Part shown: positions 38,242 to 49,043 of the stretch, piece after piece
Layout of the letters: each line of letters begins with the position of its first letter
Numbering within the stretch: position 1 is the first letter of the stretch
Source of the DNA: Candidatus Parcubacteria bacterium
Lineage (GTDB): Bacteria > Patescibacteriota > Patescibacteriia > CAIXNZ01
NCBI GenBank assembly: GCA_026395685.1
Contig: JAPLYG010000001.1
Location: forward strand, 7,862 to 71,861
Reading direction: 5' to 3'
DNA: 64,000 bases
The notes under the pieces: generated by a model
Seen by the model: the letters and a program-made list of their open reading frames with translations, nothing else
What the model was told of the DNA's origin: nothing
Databases searched by the model: none
Program-made: the position numbers and the translations under genes

Positions 38242-40059
38242 TTATTTTGTAAATAAGGCTTCAAAGTCACCGCGTTCCAGGGTTTCTTTTTCCAGCAAGA
38301 CAGAAACTATTTTTTCCAGTTGCACCTTGTTTTTTAGGAGAATATCTTTAGCTGTTTTTTGCGCCTGAGTGATCAGAGCTGAAATTTGATGATCAATCAT
38401 TTCTGATGTTTTTTCCGAATAATCGCGCTGTTCATGTATTTCTTTGCCTAAGAAAATAAGTTCTTCACGTTCTCCAAAGGTACGCGCGCCCAGGGTGTCA
38501 TCCATGCCATATTGGGTAATCAGGCTTTTGGCAAGCTTAGTGGCTTGTTGTAAGTCATTAGAAGCTCCGGTAGTTACTTCGCCAAAAATTTCCTTCTCAG
38601 CTACAAAGCCGCCCAGAAATACTGCTAATTCATCAATAAATTCTGAACGGGGATGTAAATGCTTATCTTCCAGGGGCAGTTTTAAAGTATAACCGGCAGC
38701 ATGGCCGCGGGAAATAATAGAAATTTTTTGTACCGGGTCAACATTTGGAAGCTCATGGGCAACTAAGGCATGGCCGGCTTCATGAAAGGCAGTGATTTTT
38801 CTTTCCTTTTCTGACAAAATGTGGCTTTTTCTTTCAGGTCCCAGCAAGACTTTTTCAATGCTTTCTAAAATATCAAGCTGTTCAATTGATTTTTTATTGC
38901 GTCTGGCCGCCATAATAGCGCCTTCATTCAAAACATTTGCCAAGTCAGCGCCAGAAAAGCCGGGGGTGCGTTCAGCTACTTTGCGTAAATCGACATCAGT
39001 GGAAAAAGGCTTATTTTCCGCATGGACTTTTAATATTTCTTCACGATCTTTAATATCGGGCATATCTAAAACTATGCGTCTGTCAAAACGGCCGGGGCGC
39101 AATAATGCCGGATCCAGAATGTCTGGCCTATTTGTTGCAGCCATAACAATGACATTGATTTTTGTTTCCATGCCATCCATTTCAACAAGAATTTGATTCA
39201 ATGTCTGTTTGCGTTCATCATGAGAGCCTCCCACACCTGCGCCACGCTGGCGACCGACAGCATCGATTTCATCAATGAAAATAATGCAGGGGCTGGATTT
39301 CTTTGCGCGTTTAAATAAATCACGTACTCTGGAAGCGCCTACACCCACAAACATTTCCACAAATTCTGAACCGGAAATAGAAAAGAAGGGAACATTAGCT
39401 TCGCCGGCAACTGCTTTGGCCAATAATGTCTTGCCTGTTCCGGGGGCGCCCATTAAAAGCACGCCTTTGGGAATTTTTGCGCCTAGCTGCAGGAATTTTT
39501 TAGGATTTTGCAGAAATTCAACAACTTCCAGCAGTTCTTCTTTTGATTCTTTACAGCCGGCCACATTTTTAAAGGTAATTTTATCCTTGCCTTTTTGCTT
39601 AAGTTCTCGAGCTTGGCTTTGGCCAAAAGACATGGCCTTGGTATTGGCTCCCTGAACCTGCCGCATCATCAGATAAATAAAAGCGGCGATAATAATAAAC
39701 GGAATTAAAATCGGCAAAATTGTGACTGCCCAAAAGCTCCAGCCTTCATCTTCTTTAACGTCAATCTTTACCTGTTTAATTTTTGCCGGATCAACATTAT
39801 AATTTTTCAATAATGTACTGAGAGAATCCGTGCTTTCTTTTTTGGTTATTTCCTTTTGTCCGTTAAGCAGGGTAATCTCCAGATTGCTGTTTTTGACAAT
39901 TATTTCCTTAACCTCCTGATTTTCAATCTGGCTGATTAATTTTTCCAGTCCGATTTCCGCGGGTTTTTCAGTCTTGGCATTGTAGGTGGAAAATAAGGCG
40001 GCAATAACCAGGAAGATTAGTAAGAAGATAAGAAAGTTTTTGAGGATAATTTTGGACAT
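38242..40059 (-). CDS. ftsH: ATP-dependent zinc metalloprotease FtsH
   Basis: Two N-terminal TM segments. AAA Walker A '[13 protein letters not shown]', Walker B 'IIFIDEID', SRH region. Zn site 'HEAGHAL'. Confidence 0.9.
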   Translation of the reverse strand: MSKIILKNFLIFLLIFLVIAALFSTYNAKTEKPAEIGLEKLISQIENQEVKEIIVKNSNLEITLLNGQKEITKKESTDSLSTLLKNYNVDPAKIKQVKIDVKEDEGWSFWAVTILPILIPFIIIAAFIYLMMRQVQGANTKAMSFGQSQARELKQKGKDKITFKNVAGCKESKEELLEVVEFLQNPKKFLQLGAKIPKGVLLMGAPGTGKTLLAKAVAGEANVPFFSISGSEFVEMFVGVGASRVRDLFKRAKKSSPCIIFIDEIDAVGRQRGAGVGGSHDERKQTLNQILVEMDGMETKINVIVMAATNRPDILDPALLRPGRFDRRIVLDMPDIKDREEILKVHAENKPFSTDVDLRKVAERTPGFSGADLANVLNEGAIMAARRNKKSIEQLDILESIEKVLLGPERKSHILSEKERKITAFHEAGHALVAHELPNVDPVQKISIISRGHAAGYTLKLPLEDKHLHPRSEFIDELAVFLGGFVAEKEIFGEVTTGASNDLQQATKLAKSLITQYGMDDTLGARTFGEREELIFLGKEIHEQRDYSEKTSEMIDHQISALITQAQKTAKDILLKNKVQLEKIVSVLLEKETLERGDFEALFTK

Positions 40060-40158
40060 AGATGATAGATTATAGATAATGGATTATCCCGCGAAGCGGG
40101 AAGCCGCTACGCGGCTTAGATTTTAGTTTAAGATATTTTGCCGAAAAAGTCAATGATT

Positions 40159-40899
40159 CTATTTGGTTTTGCTTACATTCCAAACAACGCGCCAGATAAA
40201 TTTTAAACTGGTTGCTAATTCCTGGCTTTCAATGATCAGGCCATAGCTTTCTTTGGCTGATGAAAGGATTGAAATTTTATTATCATAAATATCAATATTC
40301 ACGAAAAAATCCTTTTCTTCAGTAGGGAAATATCGTAAATCACGTAAAAATTCTTCGCCTCCCTGCCATTCTTTTATCGGTAATTCTTTGCCCCTGATTC
40401 TGATAGCATTTACTTTAATGCCTTTTTCTTTTCTTTTTTTAATCCAGTCACCTAAAAATTTTTTTCCCACTAAATTAACTTCATCCTTGATAGTACCAAA
40501 ATAATATATCTGATCCTTGGTGGTTAATAAGTCTTCATATATATGCTTAATGCCTTCAATTCCTTCATAGTATCTGATCTTTGGTTTTTGCAGTGATTTG
40601 CTGGCTAAAAATTTTAAATCAGGCAAAAGCTGTTTAATGGCTTGAGTCTGTTTTTGCAAAATCAGTTCCAATGATTCCGGGGGAGCGGCATTATAAAGTT
40701 TTCTTTTACCGCTAAAAGTGGCAATGATAAAGCCCTGATGAATCAAAGGTTCAATAAATTCATGAATAGTGGTTCTTTTGACCCCTGATTTAGAAGCTAA
40801 ATCAATAATTGTAGTCGGTCCAAACTCCAAAGCAGCCAGATATACTTTGGCTTCTTTTTCATTTAAGCCTAATTGTTGTAATAAGTCTATTTGTTCCAT
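40159..40899 (-). CDS. TrmB-family transcriptional regulator
   Basis: N-terminal wHTH 'KEAKVYLAALEFGPTTIIDLASKSGVKRTTIHEFI'. C-terminal sensor-like domain. Confidence 0.6.
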   Translation of the reverse strand: MEQIDLLQQLGLNEKEAKVYLAALEFGPTTIIDLASKSGVKRTTIHEFIEPLIHQGFIIATFSGKRKLYNAAPPESLELILQKQTQAIKQLLPDLKFLASKSLQKPKIRYYEGIEGIKHIYEDLLTTKDQIYYFGTIKDEVNLVGKKFLGDWIKKRKEKGIKVNAIRIRGKELPIKEWQGGEEFLRDLRYFPTEEKDFFVNIDIYDNKISILSSAKESYGLIIESQELATSLKFIWRVVWNVSKTK

Positions 40900-41043
40900 A
40901 TGGCTAAATTTGAAGTGTTGACGAAATAACCGTCATATTTAGTATATCATAAGTTTTAGGCTAAGTCAATAGTGTCTATTTTATGGCTAATTGACGATAA
41001 AAATAAGAATTATGAAATTTTTATAACTAAGTGACGTAATACT

Positions 41044-41073
41044 TGACATATTTCTCTAAATGTGCTATACTGT
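41044..41073 (+). promoter_or_regulatory. Sigma70-type promoter (TTGACA-17-TATACT) for 41135-41809
   Basis: 'TTGACATATTTCTCTAAATGTGCTATACTG', followed by RBS 'AAAAGGAGGA'. Confidence 0.6.
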
Positions 41074-41134
41074 TATATCAGGATGAGAAAGGATAGTACT
41101 TAAACAAACGTTCCCAACCCAAAAGGAGGAAGAT

Positions 41135-41809
41135 ATGAAGAAGATGATGATGGCGGCTATGGTTGTTTGCCTGTTGGCTACTTCGGCTAAGGCTGGCCAG
41201 CTTCGGTTGGCAGGCTACTTCGATGTTATCCGGGAGCAGAGAACCATAACGCTTGATGGTTTCTCGCAGCTGTCCACGAAGTGGAGCGCCTGGGGATTCG
41301 TGGACTTTTACACAAATCCGGGAAACCAGAAGCAAGCAGCTGACAATGCTGATGTCCAGACGTTCTGTGGCAAAGGCACTCTGAGCTTCGTTCTCTGGCA
41401 GATTGATCAGAACAACTCTGTCAAACTGACTGGCGAGCTGATTGATTCTTCCTGGGCAAGCTCGCAGTTTCGGCCTGGTATTCAGTGGATGTTCGCCGAC
41501 GATCAGGGCTGGGTCAACTTCAAGATTTTGCCGGTCACGTTTGAACTGGTAACTCCTGAAGAAGAAATCCCGCAGGTCGGAGTGCTGGGCAGCGCCTGGA
41601 ATCTCAACGTGACTGACAAACTCTTCTGGGAAGGGTTCTGGGAAATGAGCTTTAGCTATGAGCAGCAGGATCAGCATTTCCCCTTTATTGCTGAGACTCA
41701 GCTTGGTTACCGGTTATTTGAAAAAGTTAATGTGCTGGTCGAGTACCGGTACAATAACTTTGTGGAAGATGACCACGGCCTCGGACTCGGGGCTGAGATC
41801 GTCTTCTAA
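41135..41809 (+). CDS. Secreted protein with predicted beta-strand-rich body and C-terminal Phe (outer-membrane-barrel-like signature). GC-rich relative to the flanks.
   Basis: Signal peptide 'MKKMMMAAMVVCLLATSAKA'. Alternating hydrophobic pattern. C-terminus 'GLGAEIVF'. Confidence 0.4.
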   Translation: MKKMMMAAMVVCLLATSAKAGQLRLAGYFDVIREQRTITLDGFSQLSTKWSAWGFVDFYTNPGNQKQAADNADVQTFCGKGTLSFVLWQIDQNNSVKLTGELIDSSWASSQFRPGIQWMFADDQGWVNFKILPVTFELVTPEEEIPQVGVLGSAWNLNVTDKLFWEGFWEMSFSYEQQDQHFPFIAETQLGYRLFEKVNVLVEYRYNNFVEDDHGLGLGAEIVF

Positions 41810-41858
41810 CGCAAGGGGAACAGACTTTCTGAAAGTCTGCTCCCCACCTAAATTCAAA

Positions 41859-41887
41859 TCCCGCCCTTAAGTGGACGGGATTTTTTA
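41859..41887 (+). terminator. Rho-independent terminator
   Basis: 'TCCCGCCCTTAAGTGGACGGGA' followed by 'TTTTTT'. Preceded by a second hairpin 'GGGGAACAGACTTTCTGAAAGTCTGCTCCCC' at 41815-41845. Confidence 0.7.
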
Positions 41888-42051
41888 AATGGGTTTATAG
41901 GTAATCGGTTTCGATATTCGTTTCGTTTATCGGAAATCGTTATTGGTAACAAATTCCGTATAACGCATAACGTAACGTTAAACGATACCGAATAACGAAA
42001 AACAAAAAAGAAATCCCTTGGTGGGGATTCCTTTTTTTATATTATTCAATT

Positions 42052-43464
42052 TTATTGCACTGTTAACACCAAATCATTGGAATAAACTCCGCAAGCTCCG
42101 CCCAGATATTCGCAGACTCGGAAATGATAAGTACCTGCGCTCAATCCCTGCCAAACATCGCTTTTAGCGGCGGAGCTGGAAAGATAATGATAATCATCAC
42201 CGGGATAAATCGGATTTATATGTTCAGCTTTAACAATTTTAAAACCTTGCCCGGAGGTAAAACTGGCTGTCCAGTTTAAACTTACGCTATTGCCGTAAAC
42301 TACCGCTGAAGCCGAGATGCTTTTATCGGCAGTTGAAGTTGTTGCTGCTTTGATAATTACTATTACATCATTGGAATAAACTCCGCAGGACCCGCCTAAA
42401 TATTCACAGACACGGAAATGCCAGGTGCCAACTGCTAAGTCAGACCATAAATCTATATTTGCTGACGGGCTGGATAAATAGTGGTATTCATCGCCGGGAT
42501 ATACTGGATTTACATGTTCGGCTTTGACGATCTTAAACCCGCTGGGAGAAGAAATATTTGTAGTCCATTTTATTTTTATGCCGTCAGTAACTGTTTCTGA
42601 CATTGCAGTAATGCTTTTTGTGCCGGTGTTTATTCCGTCTTCGACTATAAATGCCATGTTATCACTGTAGATTCCGCATTTGCCAGCCTGATACTCGCAG
42701 ACGCGGAAATAATAGGTGCCTTTGAATAGTCCTTCCCAAGTATCACTGCGAGCTGAAGGATCTGATAAATAATGATATTCATTGCCAGGATAAACCGGGT
42801 CTGGCTGGTTAGCCCAGACAACTTTAAACCCCTGGTCAGCGCTAATATTGGTGGTTGTCCATTTCAAGTTAACAGTATTGGTGGAAATAGATCCGGTTAA
42901 AGTAATTTTGCTGAGCTGGGAGTCGGTCGGATCTGGCTGGGTTGAAATTAATTTATCCTGATTAATGGAATAAGTCGCAGGGATAGCGGTTAATTCAGGA
43001 TTTTCTAAGGGTTCGCCGATTTTATAATTTATAAAAAATGGATCTGGCACATCATCAATTTTTTTAGACCAATCTGCACCCCATAAATTTTTTGCCAAAG
43101 ATTCGCTGGTTACCCATTTTAAAGTTCCTTCCTTATCAACATAGTAAACTTTGGGATCGGTGGTAATTTTTACGAGTTTAACGCCGGGCTTGTAGGTAAC
43201 ATTGCCGCCAATCGGAATTTCACCCAATAATTCATTACTGATTGCGATTACAGTATCAAAAGTGATAAACCAGGTTTTGTAAGTTTTTTCTGTGGGGAAA
43301 ACATAACGTTTGCCATCTGCGCCATAGTAATAAATACTATCGCTGGAGCCTCTAATCAAAGTTCCGGGGACTAAAGAGGAGGAGATGGTGGCTGAAGCTG
43401 TCAGAGGCAATAACGTTAAGACAAAAAGTCCTATTAGCGCCCCCACTAAAAATTTCTTCAACAT
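42052..43464 (-). CDS. Secreted protein with three tandem ~95-aa Cys-containing repeat domains
   Basis: Signal peptide 'MLKKFLVGALIGLFVLTLLPLTASA'. The repeat 'GFK(I/V)V...PVYPG(D/N)EYHYLS.PSA..D.W..L..GT(Y/W)(Y/H)FRVCEY..G.CG(V/I)YSN' occurs three times. Confidence 0.5.
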   Translation of the reverse strand: MLKKFLVGALIGLFVLTLLPLTASATISSSLVPGTLIRGSSDSIYYYGADGKRYVFPTEKTYKTWFITFDTVIAISNELLGEIPIGGNVTYKPGVKLVKITTDPKVYYVDKEGTLKWVTSESLAKNLWGADWSKKIDDVPDPFFINYKIGEPLENPELTAIPATYSINQDKLISTQPDPTDSQLSKITLTGSISTNTVNLKWTTTNISADQGFKVVWANQPDPVYPGNEYHYLSDPSARSDTWEGLFKGTYYFRVCEYQAGKCGIYSDNMAFIVEDGINTGTKSITAMSETVTDGIKIKWTTNISSPSGFKIVKAEHVNPVYPGDEYHYLSSPSANIDLWSDLAVGTWHFRVCEYLGGSCGVYSNDVIVIIKAATTSTADKSISASAVVYGNSVSLNWTASFTSGQGFKIVKAEHINPIYPGDDYHYLSSSAAKSDVWQGLSAGTYHFRVCEYLGGACGVYSNDLVLTVQ

Positions 43465-43784
43465 AAATTTAGGGTTATTAGTTAGGTTTATACTTTTAGT
43501 TTAGCAGATAAAGTTGGGTTTAGGCAAAACAAATTGTTAATCGTCAATCGGTATCGAAAATCGTTACGTTTATCGTTAATCGTTTGACGAGACGTAATGG
43601 AAAACGAAGCTGAAAAACGTATAACGAGAATGTTTGACAAATATCCCCAAAATGTTAAGTTTAAAGCAAATAAGAAATTGTCTAGGGGGACAGTTTTTTA
43701 TTTTTTAGAGATAAAGGTCTTTGAAAAAAAAGAGTCTTAAGGTATAACAAGGTTAACGATTACGCAAAGAAAGGGAGATGCCAG

Positions 43785-46700
43785 ATGTCTATGTTCTATC
43801 GCATCTATCGTCGGCCGCTACTCTCAACAGCCAGGACTGAAGAATTACAGCAAGTTCTGGCAGAAGTGGTGCCGGAAATTTCTGGGCTGGAAACTGAAAA
43901 AGTATTCTGCCTGGAAACAAAAAGGGAACTGACTGACGAGGAAATGGATCGGCTCAGGTGGCTCTTAGGCGGAGCTGACAGAGCCAAATGTCTGTCAGAC
44001 AGAACTTTTTTCCAAGATCACAGCAATGTGATAGAAATTGGTCCGCGGCTGCATTTTGAAACAGCTAATTCAACCAATGCTGTTTCCATTTGCCAGTCCT
44101 GTGAACTACCTGTGATCAGGCTGGAAGAAGCCAGACGTTACAAATTCATAAGCACTCAAACCTTGGGCAATGGCAAGATCGATCTGATTCTGCCGTTGTT
44201 GCACGACAAAATGACAGAGTGTCCGTATCCCAATCAGCTGACAACTTTTGTCACTGACAAAAAGCCGGAGCCGGTAAAGTATATTCCGGTAATGGAACAG
44301 GGAATGGATGCTTTGGTCAAAGCCAATGCTGAATATGGCACTGGCATGGACAAGGCGGATTTGCAGTACTATTTGTATCTCTTCACTGAAGTTGCCAAAC
44401 GCAATCCCACTGATGTTGAATGGTGCGATCTGGGCAACTGTAATTCTGAACATTCGCGACATCATGTCTTCCGCGCCAAGCTGATTATCGACGGACAGGC
44501 AATGCCCTTCACGCTGATGGATATTATCAAAAGCACGCTGACCAATCTCAGCAACTCTATTATTGCTTTTGATGATAATGCCTCGGCGATTAAAGGTGTG
44601 CCAGTTGGTTTCCTCATTCCTGAAAGACCTGGTTTACCTTCGCCAGTGCGTATGGCCGAACTTTTACTCCATTACGTGCTGACCTGCGAAACGCACAATC
44701 ACCCCTGCTTATGGGCAGCATATCCCGGAGCAGGAACGGGTGGCGGTGGCCGCAGACGCGATAATCAGGGTTTGGGCAGAGGCGGCTTAATTGCTGCCTG
44801 TTCAGCTGGATTTTTTGGCGGCAATCTCAATATTCCGGGCTATCCCCTGGAATGGGAAGATCCAAACTTTGCCTATGATCCGCTGTGCGAAAGCCCGCTG
44901 AAATTTTTCCGCAAAGCTGTTAATGGCGCTTTTGATGACGGCAATCAGTGTGGCGAGCCAGTCATTCTGACTTTCTTCGAGAGCTTTGGCTTGCGTATCG
45001 GTGCCGAACGCTGGGAGTACATCAAGCCGATCATGTTTACCGGTGGCTTTGGCTTCCTTGATGATCGCCATGTTAAAAAACACGAACCTGTTCCTGGCTG
45101 GCTGATTGTCCGAATCGGCGGCAAGGCCCATGAAGTTGGTTTTGGCGGCGGTGCTGCTTCCAGCTTAATGGGTGGTCAGAACATTGCAGCCCTTGATTTC
45201 AAATCAGTGCAGCGCGCTGATGGGGAAATGGCTCGCAAAACCGACCAGGTTATCCGCACTTGCGTCATGAAGGGTGATGATAATCCGATTGAAACGATTC
45301 ATGACCAAGGCGCTGGCGGACCTGGTAATGTGCTTAAAGAAATCATGGCTCCGGCTGGCGGTAGGATTGATATTCGCAACATCATCCTGGGCGATAAAAC
45401 CATGTCACCGGTGGCGATCTGGGTTTCCGAGTTCCAGGAAAATATGGCGATGTTAATCAAGCCAGAGCGCTGGGAAGAATTCAAGGCCATCTGCGACCGG
45501 GAAAAAGTCCCCTGCGCCGTGGTGGGTACGATCACTGGCGACGGCAAAGTCGTGGTTATTGATTCTCAGAACAATACCACTCTCTTTGATCTCAGTCTCC
45601 AGCAGATTTTCGGTGAATATCCTCTGAAAACTTATGAGGATACGCGCCGCAAACTAGAACTTCAGCCGCTTAATTTACCCGAAGATCTGTCAGTGGCTCA
45701 AGCTCTGGAAAAAACTTTCAAGCTGTTACAAGTTGGTTCGCAGGAATGGGCAGTTCACGTGGTTGACCGCAGTGTTACACCGCATGTGGTGCAGCAGCAG
45801 TGTGTCGGCCCCTGGCAATTGCCGATCAACAAATATTCGGTGATTGCGCCCAGCCCCTTCAGTCATACTGGCATGACCAATTCAGTAGGCACTAAACCCA
45901 TCATCGGCTTGATTTCACCGCAAGCCAGCGCCAGAATGTCTGCTGCTGAAGCTTTGTTAAGGCTGATGTTTGTTCCGGTCAGCAGTCGAGATGAAATCAA
46001 AGCATCCATAAACTGGATGCTGGCAGCCAAAGTCCCGGGCGGGATTGCCTGGCTGTACGATGCTGCTGTGGCTTTGCGCGATTTCATGAATAGCATCGGC
46101 ATGGATGCTGATGGCGGCAAAGATTCTTTATCAATGGCTACTAATGCCGGCGGAGAAAGAGTCAAATCGCCCAGCACAGTAGTAGTCAGCACCTATGCTG
46201 CTTGTACGGATTATCGCCAGAGATTGCAGCCTTACCTCAAGAATCCTGGCCAAACCAAACTGTTATTTGTTGATTTGGCTAATGGCAAAACCCGCTTAGG
46301 CGCGAGCGCCTTAGCTCAAGTCTGTGGCCAAGTCGGCAATGACTGTCCTGATGTTGAGAATGTTGATTTAGTCAATCAGGCTTTTGATAGCGTCCAGAAA
46401 TTGCTGGTCGCTGACGGCTTGATTGTCTCTGGCCAGCTGCGCAGTCGTAATGGTCTGATCTCGTCGTTGTGTGAAACAGCCTTTGCCGGCAACTGCGGAC
46501 TGTCAGTTAACATTCAACATCCGACAGCTTCGGCTAAAGAGGTACTGTTTTGCGAAGAGCTGGGTTTTGTCCTGGAATATCTGCCGGAAAACGAAGACGA
46601 CTTGTTGGCAGCGTTTGCCGAAGCCGGTCTTTCGAAGCATATCCAACAGATCGGAGTAACCACTACGGATAAGCAAATCATTATTCGTTTTAATGGGGAA

Positions 46701-47684
46701 CCGATCTTCAATGAACCGAGTGATCTCTGGCTACAAAAATGGCGGGAAACATCTTTCCGGATGAAAGCCTTGCGTTCAGTCAAAGCAGTCGTGGCTCAAG
46801 AAAGAGCCAATATTGCCAAAGGCAACGGCCTGGAATTTTCTCTCAGCTTTAATCCGGATTTAATTACTCCGGTGAAGACTGATTTTCCCGGCAAACCGAA
46901 AGTGGCCATTATCCGCGATGAAGGCACTAACAGCCAAGAAGAAATGAAAGTCGCGTTTTACTTGGCTGGCTTTGAACCCTATGATGTCACCATCACTGAT
47001 CTGGCCAGCGGAAAAGTCAGTTTGCGCGATTTTCGCGGCGTCGCTTTCCCAGGCGGATTCAGTTATAAAGATGTCCTGGGTTCAGCTGTTGGCTGGGCCG
47101 GAGTAATCAAGTTTAATCCGGTTCTTGTCAAAGAATTTTTAGCCTTTTTTCAACGGACAGATACTTTCAGCGTGGGCATCTGTAATGGCGATCAGGTAGA
47201 AATCTGGCTGGGAGTGCTTTATCCCGAGCTTGATGAATTGTCGCAGCCCAGGATGTACTTCAACTTGAGTGAATCTTTTGAATCGCGATTTGTCAGAGTG
47301 AGCATCTTGGATTCTCCAGCAATCATGTTGAAGGGTATGGCTGGATCAATTCTGGGAATCCACGTAGCTCATGGCGAAGGTCGTTTTTACTTCCCGGATG
47401 ACCAAATCTATCGTAGTATCCTATCCAAAGGTTTGGCGCCGGTAAGGTACATTGATCCGAGCGATCAACCGACTGAGGATTATCCCTTCAATCCCAATGG
47501 ATCTCCTGCGGGTATTGCGGCTTTGTGTTCTGCTGACGGCAGGCATCTTGCTATTATGCCGCATCCAGAACGTACAGTCCTAGTCAGGCAGTGGCCTTAT
47601 TTGCCCTACGGGACAAATTGGGAAAACTCGCCCTGGCTGAAAATGTTCCAGAACGCCTATCAGTGGTGTATGGAACAGAAGTAA
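43785..47684 (+). CDS. purL: Phosphoribosylformylglycinamidine synthase, single-chain large form (PurL/FGAM synthase)
   Basis: 1299-aa protein. AIRS-like domains, and a C-terminal class-I glutamine amidotransferase with catalytic 'GICNGDQ' and 'MPHPER'. Confidence 0.9.
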   Translation: MSMFYRIYRRPLLSTARTEELQQVLAEVVPEISGLETEKVFCLETKRELTDEEMDRLRWLLGGADRAKCLSDRTFFQDHSNVIEIGPRLHFETANSTNAVSICQSCELPVIRLEEARRYKFISTQTLGNGKIDLILPLLHDKMTECPYPNQLTTFVTDKKPEPVKYIPVMEQGMDALVKANAEYGTGMDKADLQYYLYLFTEVAKRNPTDVEWCDLGNCNSEHSRHHVFRAKLIIDGQAMPFTLMDIIKSTLTNLSNSIIAFDDNASAIKGVPVGFLIPERPGLPSPVRMAELLLHYVLTCETHNHPCLWAAYPGAGTGGGGRRRDNQGLGRGGLIAACSAGFFGGNLNIPGYPLEWEDPNFAYDPLCESPLKFFRKAVNGAFDDGNQCGEPVILTFFESFGLRIGAERWEYIKPIMFTGGFGFLDDRHVKKHEPVPGWLIVRIGGKAHEVGFGGGAASSLMGGQNIAALDFKSVQRADGEMARKTDQVIRTCVMKGDDNPIETIHDQGAGGPGNVLKEIMAPAGGRIDIRNIILGDKTMSPVAIWVSEFQENMAMLIKPERWEEFKAICDREKVPCAVVGTITGDGKVVVIDSQNNTTLFDLSLQQIFGEYPLKTYEDTRRKLELQPLNLPEDLSVAQALEKTFKLLQVGSQEWAVHVVDRSVTPHVVQQQCVGPWQLPINKYSVIAPSPFSHTGMTNSVGTKPIIGLISPQASARMSAAEALLRLMFVPVSSRDEIKASINWMLAAKVPGGIAWLYDAAVALRDFMNSIGMDADGGKDSLSMATNAGGERVKSPSTVVVSTYAACTDYRQRLQPYLKNPGQTKLLFVDLANGKTRLGASALAQVCGQVGNDCPDVENVDLVNQAFDSVQKLLVADGLIVSGQLRSRNGLISSLCETAFAGNCGLSVNIQHPTASAKEVLFCEELGFVLEYLPENEDDLLAAFAEAGLSKHIQQIGVTTTDKQIIIRFNGEPIFNEPSDLWLQKWRETSFRMKALRSVKAVVAQERANIAKGNGLEFSLSFNPDLITPVKTDFPGKPKVAIIRDEGTNSQEEMKVAFYLAGFEPYDVTITDLASGKVSLRDFRGVAFPGGFSYKDVLGSAVGWAGVIKFNPVLVKEFLAFFQRTDTFSVGICNGDQVEIWLGVLYPELDELSQPRMYFNLSESFESRFVRVSILDSPAIMLKGMAGSILGIHVAHGEGRFYFPDDQIYRSILSKGLAPVRYIDPSDQPTEDYPFNPNGSPAGIAALCSADGRHLAIMPHPERTVLVRQWPYLPYGTNWENSPWLKMFQNAYQWCMEQK

Positions 47685-47691
47685 TCCAAAC

Positions 47692-47724
47692 GCCCCGTTG
47701 TCGCAAGACGCGGGGCTTTTTTTA
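47692..47724 (+). terminator. Rho-independent terminator after purL
   Basis: 'GCCCCGTTGTCGCAAGACGCGGGGC' followed by 'TTTTTTT'. Confidence 0.8.
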
Positions 47725-47924
47725 ATTGGTGAGTAGTGTGTTGGTTAGGAAGCTAGTAGGTGGAGGTTTCATGGGTTAGGTGTTGAATAAATACTTTACC
47801 TTAACACTCTGCACTTACTAGCATCTTTACCTTTGCACTTAACCGTATGTTTGACAATTTTCAACATTTTTAATATGGTAAATACGAATTGGTTACAAGT
47901 TTGTACTTTAACAAGGAGAATATT

Positions 47925-49043
47925 ATGGAAGAACAAAAGGGAATGACGTATCAGGGAACCGGCGTAAACTACGATGACATGGATCCATTTAAAAGAGAGG
48001 CGCAACAAGCCGGACTGAAAACAGCCGGTAACATCAGCCGTCTTAATATGACGGAATTTGCTCCGAGCCGGGGCGAGAGCGCGTATCTGGTTGATTGCGG
48101 GAATCATTTTTTGGCGCAGGTCGTGGAAGGCTTGGGTACCAAGAATATTGTGGCCGAAGCCATGCAACAGCTAACCGGTGAATTGCATTTTGATTTAATT
48201 GCCCAGTGCTGCATGGCCATGATCGTCAATGACCTGATTACTGTCGGCGCCTTGCCCATTTCCGCGGCCATGTATTTGGCAGTGGGTGATTCAGCCTGGT
48301 TCAAAGACGAAGCGCGCGCCAAGAATCTGATTGACGGCTGGATGCATGCCTGCAATAAGTCTGGCTGTACCTGGGGTGGTGGGGAAACACCCACACTCAA
48401 AGGCATTATCAATCCAAATACAATCGATCTGAGTGGCGCGGCCATGGGCATCATTAGGAATAAACAGCATTTGATTACTGGCGAGAAGATCAAGCATGGC
48501 GATGTCATCATCGTTTTTGCCAGTTCCGGAATTCATGCCAATGGTCTGACTCTGGCCAGACGGATCGCTGAAAAGTTGTCCCAAGGCTACTTAACTCCAA
48601 TTGATTATATTGGCACGACATATGGCCGAGCCTTGCTGGATCCGACCGTGATCTATGTTCCTATCATCGAAGATTGTCAGTATTGGAATGTGAACGTACA
48701 CTACGCAGTCAATATCACAGGCCATGGTTGGCGCAAGCTGATGCGTAGTCAGGAACCTTTTATTTATGTCATTGAAACAATTCCTGATCCTCAGCCGGTT
48801 TTCCAGATCATGCAAAAGCATGGTCCGGTGGACGACGAAGAAGCCTATGGCAACCTGAATATGGGCGGTGGCTTTGCCATCTTTGTGTCAGAAAAGGATG
48901 TGCCTCTGGTCGTTGATATTTCCAAGGCTACCAACATACCGATTGTCGGCTACGGACATATTGAAAAAAGTGGTGAGGACAAGAAAGTCATCATTGAACC
49001 CAAAGGCATTACCTTTGATAGTAAAAGTCTGCAGGTTCGCTGA
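47925..49043 (+). CDS. purM: PurM-family protein (AIR synthetase / AIR-synthase-related)
   Basis: RBS 'AAGGAGAA' before the ATG at 47925. 'VEGLGTKN', 'MIVNDLITVGALPI', 'SGCTWGGGETPTLKG' and 'GDVIIVFASSGIHANGLTL' align with PurM motifs. Confidence 0.7.
   Translation: MEEQKGMTYQGTGVNYDDMDPFKREAQQAGLKTAGNISRLNMTEFAPSRGESAYLVDCGNHFLAQVVEGLGTKNIVAEAMQQLTGELHFDLIAQCCMAMIVNDLITVGALPISAAMYLAVGDSAWFKDEARAKNLIDGWMHACNKSGCTWGGGETPTLKGIINPNTIDLSGAAMGIIRNKQHLITGEKIKHGDVIIVFASSGIHANGLTLARRIAEKLSQGYLTPIDYIGTTYGRALLDPTVIYVPIIEDCQYWNVNVHYAVNITGHGWRKLMRSQEPFIYVIETIPDPQPVFQIMQKHGPVDDEEAYGNLNMGGGFAIFVSEKDVPLVVDISKATNIPIVGYGHIEKSGEDKKVIIEPKGITFDSKSLQVR

Noticed and set aside
38444-39655. Plus-strand ORFs inside ftsH (38444-38692, 38792-39196, 39275-39655)
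   Set aside because: Antisense shadow ORFs of the highly conserved FtsH gene.
41078-41677. 199-aa minus-strand ORF overlapping the secreted-protein gene
   Set aside because: It lies antisense to an ORF with signal peptide, RBS and consensus promoter. Long antisense ORFs arise by chance in GC-rich DNA.
43600-43785. Possible purine/ZTP riboswitch in the purL leader
   Set aside because: No recognisable purine-riboswitch junction motifs or pfl pseudoknot were seen, only a promoter-like TTGACA and an AT-rich leader.
44106-46783. Multiple short ORFs on both strands inside purL
   Set aside because: Shadow ORFs within a GC-rich conserved gene.
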